A stretch of DNA of 64,000 nucleotides from the sequence record MW175414.1; one strand, given 5' to 3'. Positions 48,347-64,000 of the stretch are shown piece after piece. The notes below the pieces were generated by a model. It was not told the origin of the DNA. It saw only the letters and a program-made list of their open reading frames with translations, and made no database searches. The DNA is from Escherichia phage VEc25. Position numbers and translations under genes: made by a program. Numbering within the stretch: position 1 is the first letter of the stretch; every line of letters begins with the position of its first letter.

Positions 48347-48799
48347 TTAACGAGTTAAGCGATTAGCTGCAATGTAAGCATCAGCCGTAGATTGGTCACG
48401 ATTTTCTGCAACAGCACGACTACGAGCACGGTCTTCCAGAGCAGTGTTATAGGACTTAATCTGGTTATTCAGATTAGTGTTAGTAACATCTTTAGCAAAA
48501 GAGAACTGATTCTTAGCTAACTTGTTAGCCTGTAATGCACCATAGATATTACCCAGTGCATTAAGACCACCTAACCCCAACTGGAAGGTAGGAATGTTCA
48601 GACCCAGTTGGTCAGTAAGCCCTTGAGTCTGTCCACCGGTATTCCCTGTAGCACCACCAGTAATGTTCTGAAGCCAGTCATTACTAAGGATGCCGGATTG
48701 CATAGGGTTATAGTTCATGGTTGGGGTATTAAAGGAACCATATCCATAGCCAAAATTGCTTTGTGCAGATGGGGTTCCAAAAAGGAAATTAGTATCCAT
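48347..48799 (-). CDS. Hypothetical virion protein (Gly/Asn/Thr-rich)
   Basis: ORF with ATG; low-complexity G/N/T/Q-rich. Confidence 0.45.
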   Translation of the reverse strand: MDTNFLFGTPSAQSNFGYGYGSFNTPTMNYNPMQSGILSNDWLQNITGGATGNTGGQTQGLTDQLGLNIPTFQLGLGGLNALGNIYGALQANKLAKNQFSFAKDVTNTNLNNQIKSYNTALEDRARSRAVAENRDQSTADAYIAANRLTR

Positions 48800-48812
48800 A
48801 AGGATTCTCCTG

Positions 48813-51470
48813 TTACGTATCTAAATCAAGCTGCAACGTTATATCTGCAAAGTTGGTAATCATGTTGTTAGACATATCAGCTATATCATGACCAGTCATA
48901 AGAGTACGGCTAAGGAATGAATCCAGTGGTTCAAATTGTTGGCCTACATTAGTTAGGTTCATTGGGTCAATGTAACCCATGCCCTCAGTGCCAAACATTT
49001 CCTTGTACTTTTCCTGAATGGTTTTCATCTGGTCACGGTACTCTGCCATAAGTTTCTCTGTCTTTTTGACAGTTTCCATAGCAGAAGCATTAATGTAATC
49101 ACTTATGCCATTTCCTACAGATGAAGTGAGTTTAATGATGTTGTCTGCTTTCATCATTTCACCCAGCATCGTAGACATGGATGAACCAGTGGATAAAGCT
49201 GTGCCGACATTCATGGCTACCATAGAGGCAATAGTAGCAACAATGATTCCAATTTTATCCCCAAGCAGACTAACAGAGACTGTTTGAATAATGGACATCA
49301 GAATCATAGCTGCAATGGCATTAGCCACAGCCCCAACGATAATAGCAGCTAACCCTGCAAAACCTAATGCAGCACCAATAGAAGCAGCAGTACCCATTAC
49401 CCCAGCACCAGCAGCAGGGGTAAAGAACACAGACACCACTACTGCAACAACAACCACTACTACTTTAAAGATGCCAGACTGATACCATTTCTTCTTAACT
49501 TTCTTATATGAGTTAAGAACCAGATAACAACATGCAGTAGATAACTGAGTACCATTTACCAAAGACATACTACGATAAATGTTGTTATGAAGCGGGATGA
49601 TAAATCCGGACTCTTCATCATCATTTAGTGCATCTACACCAGAAATGCTTACAGACTTATTCTTGTAAACATTATTGTTATGGTTCAGGCCATAGACAGA
49701 AATCTTCCTCCATGAATTATCCCCATCCTGCCAATACATTGTTATCTTATCTAGCCTGTAGATAGTAAACCCAACTTTGTCATTACCCTTTTCAGAGTAC
49801 ATAACGGCTTTCTGCATAAGGACTACAGTACCTTCATAAGCAAACTTGAGCTGCCCTTTCTTGGCTCCAGAGAATGCTTTACCTGAACCAACTGATTCTT
49901 CAATGAAGTTCCAACTAATAGTCATGTTGTAACGGTATCCACCGTTAGAACGAATATTAATGGATTTAGAAGGTATTGTTGGATATACGGGTCTTTTAGG
50001 AGGCTTCCCTATGGGAATATCCCTATTACCACTGCGAGATTCCCACCATTCCTGATAAGCATCAAAGTCCCTGTTAGCCTGAGCAAAGCCTTCTACCAAA
50101 GCATCCATAGTTGGGTAGTTTGGGTCAGCAGGCATTGATTGATTCACTAACTGGAAGAATCTGTATATGTACTCTTTAGCTGTATTTTCAGGACTATTAA
50201 GAGAACAACCAAATACAGCATAGATATACTGAATATCACCAATATCTTTGTTCTTCTTCAGGTCATCCATAATGTCAGAAATCTTACCCCCTGTAGCCTT
50301 CTTAAAGGCTTTCTTACAAAGAGTATATGTAGAGCCAGAAATCCAGTTCTTATCACTACGGATAGGGATGAATGAATAGAATCTGTTATTGGTCGTCTTA
50401 TTAATAAACAGAGCATCAAGGATGGCATTACCACTGTTCTGTTTATAAATAAACAATTGAGGCATACCACCAGCAGACATAGTAGTAACTACATCTGTAT
50501 TCTGATAAGACCATGTATAACCTAAAGTATCTGTAGTTACTGTAGTAGTTCTGGTTTCAGTAACCCCACCACCTAAATCAATAACTTCAGTGTTTGTAGT
50601 GGAACCAGTAGATACAGTGCCAGTCTGTACCTGGGTCATTGTAGTCTTACGAATAATGATTAAGCCTACTTCACTTGGTTCACGAAATTCTTTCTCGTAA
50701 ACATCTGAGAAGTTAGTCCAACTAACCTGTTCTTCTTCAGTATTGGTACTTTCCTCATCAGGTCTGCCATCAGAGAATACACTCTTAATATGAGTAACTG
50801 TCTTCAGGGTAGCTGACTTAGGAGTATGGTTCTGAGATACCTGAGTCCATTCAGAAGTAGAAGGTAAGTCATCAGCAGATGATACAGGTACAACAGGGTG
50901 AACCACTGGGTCTGCAACACTAGTAGGCTGTATGTAGTAATAGTTCACATACAGATACATTGCATCCTGACTGAAATTCTCTGGGTAAAAGGATAACTCA
51001 CTACCATCAGTAGCAGTGAGTACAATCCTGTCATCATCCATGATATCTATTTCAAACTCTTCAGTAATACGGTCTGGATAATTCTCATAGAGGAATTTAT
51101 CAGCCCATTCCTCAAAATCACCAAATCCAATCCTACTGCTCTGAACCTGTACCTCATAACCTGCTTTTTGAGGAACTTGCCATTTAACTACTTCAGGGTC
51201 TATCTGAGACAGTATTGACAAGTTCCCGTAAGCAATACCAATTGAAGGGTCATAGTTAGTTGCAGCCCAACCAGGGAATCTACGTAAACGAATACCAGGT
51301 CCATTTAAATAAGAGTCAGTGATGGTATCACCCATACTAAAGTCAGATTTACTGACGATGTTACCAATCACCGTAGTCTTTAAATAATTTGGACGTTTAT
51401 GTATATCCCCTGCCAAATTGTAGACAGAGGATGCTACGTAGATTTTAGTCTTACTGCTAAACAGTCCCAT
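48813..51470 (-). CDS. Large virion protein with extended hydrophobic Gly/Ala-rich membrane-like region
   Basis: 885-aa ORF; residues around 640-750 form an approximately 100-aa hydrophobic stretch (VVVVVVAVVVSVFFTPAAGAGVMGTAASIGAALGFAGLAAIIVGAVANAIAAMILMSII...). Confidence 0.5.
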   Translation of the reverse strand: MGLFSSKTKIYVASSVYNLAGDIHKRPNYLKTTVIGNIVSKSDFSMGDTITDSYLNGPGIRLRRFPGWAATNYDPSIGIAYGNLSILSQIDPEVVKWQVPQKAGYEVQVQSSRIGFGDFEEWADKFLYENYPDRITEEFEIDIMDDDRIVLTATDGSELSFYPENFSQDAMYLYVNYYYIQPTSVADPVVHPVVPVSSADDLPSTSEWTQVSQNHTPKSATLKTVTHIKSVFSDGRPDEESTNTEEEQVSWTNFSDVYEKEFREPSEVGLIIIRKTTMTQVQTGTVSTGSTTNTEVIDLGGGVTETRTTTVTTDTLGYTWSYQNTDVVTTMSAGGMPQLFIYKQNSGNAILDALFINKTTNNRFYSFIPIRSDKNWISGSTYTLCKKAFKKATGGKISDIMDDLKKNKDIGDIQYIYAVFGCSLNSPENTAKEYIYRFFQLVNQSMPADPNYPTMDALVEGFAQANRDFDAYQEWWESRSGNRDIPIGKPPKRPVYPTIPSKSINIRSNGGYRYNMTISWNFIEESVGSGKAFSGAKKGQLKFAYEGTVVLMQKAVMYSEKGNDKVGFTIYRLDKITMYWQDGDNSWRKISVYGLNHNNNVYKNKSVSISGVDALNDDEESGFIIPLHNNIYRSMSLVNGTQLSTACCYLVLNSYKKVKKKWYQSGIFKVVVVVVAVVVSVFFTPAAGAGVMGTAASIGAALGFAGLAAIIVGAVANAIAAMILMSIIQTVSVSLLGDKIGIIVATIASMVAMNVGTALSTGSSMSTMLGEMMKADNIIKLTSSVGNGISDYINASAMETVKKTEKLMAEYRDQMKTIQEKYKEMFGTEGMGYIDPMNLTNVGQQFEPLDSFLSRTLMTGHDIADMSNNMITNFADITLQLDLDT

Positions 51471-51473
51471 GTA

Positions 51474-52382
<909 letters not shown>

Positions 52383-52395
52383 TCATTGGTTCATT

Positions 52396-52431
52396 AAAAG
52401 AAAACGGCTCACGGTTTTACCCAGTGAGCCG
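52396..52431 (-). terminator. Rho-independent terminator (minus strand)
   Basis: Minus-strand hairpin cggctcac-loop-gtgagccg followed by TTTTCTTTT. Confidence 0.45.
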
Positions 52432-52452
52432 TGCTGACTTACAGATTAACTC

Positions 52453-53079
52453 TTATTGAGAGTCTACGCTACCAGCAGCAATCTGAGCAGCAGCCAGAGT
52501 TTGCAATTCTTCCTTAGTCAGTGGAGGCAGAACTTCAATGGCAAACTCACGTACCCATGCAGACGTAATATTAGGCTGACCATTCTTACCTTTGGTAACT
52601 CGAATGTTCAGGAACTTACGTTCTTTGAGGAAGTTATAAATACAGTAAGGGATGTGATAGCCCTCATCAGTAGCTTCACCAAATGGAACGAATTTACGAA
52701 CAGTACCAATATATTCGTTAGCTACTGTAATAATCTCACCAGGCAGGTCTTTCTTCTTAGGGTCAAGGTTCTGAATACGTACTCGAACCAGCTTTAATTG
52801 TTCTAAGCGTTGCTGGTGACGTAAAGAAGTTGCCGTAGTTACTGTACCTGTAGACAGAGCCAGAGGATTAGGCTGAGGTTCTACTGGTTCCTGAGCTTTA
52901 TTTTCCTGTGCTGCTTCAATCTTCTTACGAAGAGTTTCAGCACTAATATTATTTGAGTATGAAATACCCATCATATTAGCTCGTTGTTTCAGCAGAGAAA
53001 GTTCATCAACCTTAACTTCATCAACGGTGTCATCGTTGCCCTGAGTTAAATCAGCGGTCGGTTTATCGTTAATGCTCAT
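52453..53079 (-). CDS. Hypothetical structural protein
   Basis: ORF with ATG immediately downstream of the capsid gene. Confidence 0.45.
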   Translation of the reverse strand: MSINDKPTADLTQGNDDTVDEVKVDELSLLKQRANMMGISYSNNISAETLRKKIEAAQENKAQEPVEPQPNPLALSTGTVTTATSLRHQQRLEQLKLVRVRIQNLDPKKKDLPGEIITVANEYIGTVRKFVPFGEATDEGYHIPYCIYNFLKERKFLNIRVTKGKNGQPNITSAWVREFAIEVLPPLTKEELQTLAAAQIAAGSVDSQ

Positions 53080-53141
53080 GTGTATATATCCTATTCATAA
53101 AGTAAGGGGAGGTTTCCCTCCCCCTGATGTTAGCCCAACTA

Positions 53142-54347
53142 TTACAGCGGAGCTACAGTTTTAATAAGAGCCAGACGTTCTGGACGTTTAACCAGAATAC
53201 CGTAGTACCATTTGATGCTGGAGAAGCCAGTTTCACCATATGGGTCATTACGGTCAGCAGTTTCTTTACCAGGCATTTTAGTCATAACGGTAAATTTAAG
53301 TGACTTACCGTCAGTCTGGAAGCCAATAGAGGTAAAGGAATCATCACCTACTACCAGCATTGGGTAAACGTCATAGTGCTCTTGACCAGATACCATAGAG
53401 GTACGGTAACCAGGGTTAGCTCCAGTAGCCTGTGCACCAGCACCTGCCCAGTGCAGCATCTCAGGAACCTGAATGATACGGAACTTGTCAATAGAACCGA
53501 CTTCACCATTCATGATAGTACCTGCATCAGCATAGTGCTGAGTTTCGATAAAGGCTTTATTACCGAACAGGTCTTTCATTGCTTTCAGTTCTGGAACCAG
53601 TTCAGAACCTACATACATAACACGAGTAGCACCGATGACTTTAGTATCAATCATACGGGAACCAGTGATGATGGTAGTCTGAGTAGGAGTACGGTTCTCC
53701 GTCAGAATCTGGTCAAGACGCATCAGGTTCTTATAAGAAACTACAGACGGGGTAGAACCTTCACCAGTGATGGTGGAATCAGAAGTAGCAGCACCAGCAT
53801 ACAGAACAGTACCAGCAGCAGCCAGCAGGTCTTTTTGCAGTACAGCCTCAGTAATCTGAGTAGCACCATTCATCAGTTCACGGGACAGGTGTTCCATCAG
53901 GCCATCATCAGAATCGAAGTCAATTGATTCCTGAGTGAACTCATAGAAGAAGCCAAACTTGTGAATAGAACCTTCACGAGCAATACGAGTAAAACCAACA
54001 CGGTTAACTCGACCACCGTTTTCAGTCAGTAGAGGCAGTTTGGAAGTAATGTTACCGATGTCTTTGCTGGAACCATACAGGTTACCATTAACGATAGTAG
54101 CACCACTTGCATCAATACCCTGGTCATTGATGTTACGGTCATCCAGCAGAGGAACATATTCATATACCTTGATGGTCTTACCGTAATGCTTCGGCATGTT
54201 AGTTACAGAGGCCAGTGGCATGAAGTACTGCTCTTTACGGGCAGTGATGATTGCTTTCTTCAGCCAGAAGAAGGTTTGCATCTGGTCAGAGTTAGCACCA
54301 TCAATACTAGATTTCTGACCGTCAATAGGAGCGTTATAGTTCAACAT
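53142..54347 (-). CDS. Major capsid protein (N4 gp56-like)
   Basis: 401-aa ORF between a scaffold-like gene and downstream structural genes; a GC hairpin follows the stop. Size and position match the N4 MCP. Confidence 0.6.
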   Translation of the reverse strand: MLNYNAPIDGQKSSIDGANSDQMQTFFWLKKAIITARKEQYFMPLASVTNMPKHYGKTIKVYEYVPLLDDRNINDQGIDASGATIVNGNLYGSSKDIGNITSKLPLLTENGGRVNRVGFTRIAREGSIHKFGFFYEFTQESIDFDSDDGLMEHLSRELMNGATQITEAVLQKDLLAAAGTVLYAGAATSDSTITGEGSTPSVVSYKNLMRLDQILTENRTPTQTTIITGSRMIDTKVIGATRVMYVGSELVPELKAMKDLFGNKAFIETQHYADAGTIMNGEVGSIDKFRIIQVPEMLHWAGAGAQATGANPGYRTSMVSGQEHYDVYPMLVVGDDSFTSIGFQTDGKSLKFTVMTKMPGKETADRNDPYGETGFSSIKWYYGILVKRPERLALIKTVAPL

Positions 54348-54358
54348 GTCTCAATTCC

Positions 54359-55576
54359 TTATAGGCCGTTCAGCCGAGGTAGTTTCATAAAGTCCTCATC
54401 ACTCATTGCAAGAGGATTAACAAGGACTTCTGTCTTACGCGGTGTAACCCGTGATGGGGATGCCGCTGCTGCCTGTTGAGTATTAGTGATTTCAGACTTA
54501 GGAGTTGCAACACGAGTTGCTACTGGTTGAACCACTGGTTTAGGTTGTTCAACAGGTTTCTGCTTAATCAAATCATTAAAACCACCATTAGCAGCAAGGT
54601 AGTTACCGACTTGATTATAAGCATCCAGGAATGCTGTACCGATTGGGATTTGGCCTAAGATTTTGAGTCGTTCAATTTCAGAAACAATACGGTCGTAAAT
54701 ACCGTTAGCTTTCTGTTCAACGATGGTATTAACCAGACCACGATTTTCCAGCAATGCCTGTTTGCTGTGGTCATCCCACGTAGTCGAAATTAACTGAAGA
54801 GTAGCTTGTCCTTCTGGAGTGGATTTAGCATCTTCCAGTTCGGTTACAAATGCTGCTTCAGCATCTGACACACGGTGATTACCAGCTTGGTATTTAACTT
54901 CCTCTTCCGGATTAATATCCAGAACATCAATACCAGATTCTTTAACCAACTTCTTAATAGCATCAGGATTCCCTTTAACTAAATCGATAGCATAAGAGAG
55001 TTGCCCTTCATCTAATAATCCGTTGTTTTCTAACATCAGGAGATACTTACGATACGGCTGAATCTCCTGCATTTTACGGGTATAGTTAGCTCCCATTTGC
55101 ATCAAGCTAATGACCTCTTCAGGACTCTGAGGAGTAATCATTTTGCCGTTAGCTTTAAACGGAGCCATTATCCGTTCATAACCAGCCTTATAGTCGAAGT
55201 CAGTTTTCTGGTCTGATACCTGCTTGTCTTCTACTACTTTTGCTTGGCCTTGCTCAGTAGTAGAAGGTGCATTATCAGTAGCAGGCTTACTGTTGCTGTC
55301 AACCTTATTTGGGTCAACTGTAGCACTATCATTACCAGTTGTGAATGCATCTGAATTGCTTTCTGATTCAGAAGTATTTTCTACTTCAGTTGGTTCAGTA
55401 GTTACTTCTGGTTCATCAGTTTGTTCAACTTCAACAATTGGGTCTGGTTGTGCAGGAGTATTATTTTCTACCGGTTCCGGGTTGTTCTGAATGCTTGATG
55501 GACCAGGCATGTTCAGAATCTCTTCATCCGACATTTTAAAAATGTCGGAAGCTGTTTTTGCAGCTTCCGTAGTCAT
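54359..55576 (-). CDS. Scaffolding-like protein (acidic, low complexity)
   Basis: 405 aa, acidic N-terminus (TDEPEVTTEPTEVENTSESE); lies between portal and capsid genes. Confidence 0.4.
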   Translation of the reverse strand: MTTEAAKTASDIFKMSDEEILNMPGPSSIQNNPEPVENNTPAQPDPIVEVEQTDEPEVTTEPTEVENTSESESNSDAFTTGNDSATVDPNKVDSNSKPATDNAPSTTEQGQAKVVEDKQVSDQKTDFDYKAGYERIMAPFKANGKMITPQSPEEVISLMQMGANYTRKMQEIQPYRKYLLMLENNGLLDEGQLSYAIDLVKGNPDAIKKLVKESGIDVLDINPEEEVKYQAGNHRVSDAEAAFVTELEDAKSTPEGQATLQLISTTWDDHSKQALLENRGLVNTIVEQKANGIYDRIVSEIERLKILGQIPIGTAFLDAYNQVGNYLAANGGFNDLIKQKPVEQPKPVVQPVATRVATPKSEITNTQQAAAASPSRVTPRKTEVLVNPLAMSDEDFMKLPRLNGL

Positions 55577-55601
55577 GGGGGTATCTCCGAGTTAGGATTA
55601 A

Positions 55602-55949
55602 TTAAACTTCTTCAGGTTCACCACGAGCAACATCCAATGCATTCTCAATATCTGATTGGACACCTACCAGTGTTTCTGCTTTCTGAAGAGTAATTTCCAG
55701 ATAACGTTTTAAACAACCAGCAGCTTGAGCCATAGCAAGAGCATCAGCACGTTGACGGTCTTCAAGCAATGGGTCACAGGATTCTTGTACATAACGAGCA
55801 CAGTCTACAGTACAGAATTGCTCAAGAATTACTTTACGGAAAAGGGAATTACCCATCAGCTTACGAACATCTTCTGCATAAGCACGAGCAGCTTTAATAC
55901 CCTTCAGTTGGTGTTCCAGTCCTTCAATTTCTTTTTCTTTGCTGTACAT
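55602..55949 (-). CDS. Hypothetical protein
   Basis: 115-aa ORF between the portal and the scaffold-like gene. Confidence 0.4.
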   Translation of the reverse strand: MYSKEKEIEGLEHQLKGIKAARAYAEDVRKLMGNSLFRKVILEQFCTVDCARYVQESCDPLLEDRQRADALAMAQAAGCLKRYLEITLQKAETLVGVQSDIENALDVARGEPEEV

Positions 55950-55951
55950 AA

Positions 55952-58735
<2,784 letters not shown>

Positions 58736-58755
<20 letters not shown>

Positions 58756-59362
58756 TACACCTCTCCAGAGGGACATTACCAATACGATTAGCAATCCATC
58801 CTGTAGTGTACTCAGGCATATTAAGAGATAAATAGTAGTTTAACTGTTTACCATCTAGAGACTTCAAAATGAGCTTACAGGCTTCTACTTTGCCTCGTTT
58901 ATTCTGAAGGCTTTTATATGCACTTAGAGTTCCAGAACCGACTTTACCATCAACTTGTATTTTAGGGTAGTCTTTGCCATTTCTGGAGAAAGCATTAAGA
59001 GATTCTTGTAACCAACGAGATGGTCTTGCAGGTCCAGTATTAACACCAGCATCTACTAGTTTTTCTGTTACCGCTGGTGATACATCTGCAAACTTAACAA
59101 AGCCAGGCTTCAAGATGTAATCGTTGTAATAAATACTTGATGCCATTTCCTGAGTTAAGTTCTTCATTGAACCATCCCAGTTATACATCGACTCTAGTTC
59201 TTGCTTATGCTTTTGAGCAACCTGAATAGTTACACCATGATTAGTTTCACCTCCTGGGTCTTTGGGGTCATTAACGTATCCACCCTCAACAGCAAATACA
59301 GCAGCAATGATTGCTGCAATAACCCCTCCAACACCGCCAACCTTCTTCTTACTTATTGCCAC
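58736..59362 (-). CDS. Endolysin, GH108 N-acetylmuramidase with N-terminal SAR/TM segment (N4 gp61-like)
   Basis: EGGYVNDPKDPGGETNHGVT GH108 signature after the hydrophobic segment GGVGGVIAAIIAAVFAV; GTG start with aaggagg RBS; 208 aa. Confidence 0.75.
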
Positions 59363-59612
59363 ACCAATCCTCCTTTGGTTTCAAACGAACCAGTCGGCAA
59401 ATAATATTCAGCACAAAGAGTGCTATAGCAATGTTATTGCCATGTGGAATATCTTTGAGGATATGTTGGGGTAATGCAGAGAAAGAACTGGATAAGACAT
59501 CCACACAAGAGAAGAACAATATTGCTAATGTGCTAATCTGAATAGATGCCCATTTCCAACAACGTTTCCAATTAGGAACCATTTCCACATGTTTGGTTAA
59601 CTTGCGAACCAT
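59349..59612 (-). CDS. Holin-like protein (two TM segments)
   Basis: ATG at 59612 with gggaga RBS; two hydrophobic helices; ORF-track frame extends to 59678. Confidence 0.4.
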   Translation of the reverse strand: MVRKLTKHVEMVPNWKRCWKWASIQISTLAILFFSCVDVLSSSFSALPQHILKDIPHGNNIAIALFVLNIICRLVRLKPKEDWCGNK

Positions 59613-59929
59613 GCAAAAATCTCCCGTCTGGCAGCAGCCAGTATACCAATAATGATACCTGCTCCAGCCCATACCCATTTACCAAACAATCCAGCACCAA
59701 CAACTTTGTGTTTGATGGTAATGAACTCTTCAATAGTAGGGGCAGACTCAGCCAGAGACTTTTCTACATTCTCCAGTCGAGTGTCCATCTTATTAATAGA
59801 CAGTTGAAGGTTACGTACAGCATCATCTAAATCTTGCCGAGATTTAGCATCACGGGCATTATTTTCGAAGAGTGTCTTCATACGTTCCTCCATTCGAGCT
59901 AGGAGCACCTCTACGGATTCATGACTCAT
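59597..59929 (-). CDS. Membrane protein with C-terminal TM anchor (lysis-associated candidate)
   Basis: Coiled-coil N-terminal part and C-terminal TM LFGKWVWAGAGIIIGILAAA; adjacent to the holin and endolysin. Confidence 0.4.
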   Translation of the reverse strand: MSHESVEVLLARMEERMKTLFENNARDAKSRQDLDDAVRNLQLSINKMDTRLENVEKSLAESAPTIEEFITIKHKVVGAGLFGKWVWAGAGIIIGILAAARREIFAWFAS

Positions 59930-60032
59930 GCTAAATCCTTATCGAAAAAGCCGGGTATCCCCGGCTCTGTTAGTCCTAATGAACAGAGAGTGTGTTTATA
60001 CACCCGTCAAATAGTACCGATATTTACTAGTA

Positions 60033-61289
<1,257 letters not shown>

Positions 61290-61318
61290 TTAATACCCCC
61301 GTTGCTGGGGGTTCCTTG

Positions 61319-64000
<2,682 letters not shown>

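Overview
This window reads as most of the genome of an N4-like (Schitoviridae) lytic podophage. Positions 1-35171 carry rightward (+) early and middle genes: three hairpin promoters of the type used by a virion RNA polymerase, a two-subunit T7-like RNA polymerase II, a capsid decoration protein with Ig-like repeats, an SPFH membrane module, a MoxR AAA+/VWA pair, dNTP metabolism genes (dCTP deaminase, ThyX-like), rIIA/rIIB-like proteins, a Dda-like helicase, a family A DNA polymerase split by an HNH homing endonuclease gene, a RecB/Cas4-like nuclease, SSB, a RuvC-like resolvase, and a cluster of four tRNAs followed by about 900 bp of ORF-poor, repeat-rich sequence. Positions 35206-64000 carry leftward (-) late genes: a 3500-aa virion RNA polymerase with T7-like motifs A, B and C, virion proteins, a 401-aa major capsid protein, a 763-aa portal, and a lysis cassette (holin-like, GH108 SAR-type endolysin, Rz with embedded Rz1). 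The last structural gene runs off the window edge. No integrase, repressor or CRISPR array was seen. All calls rest on motif reading and gene order from the raw sequence; no database searches were run. The most unusual points are the interrupted DNA polymerase, the non-coding region after the tRNAs, and several early-region proteins of unknown function.
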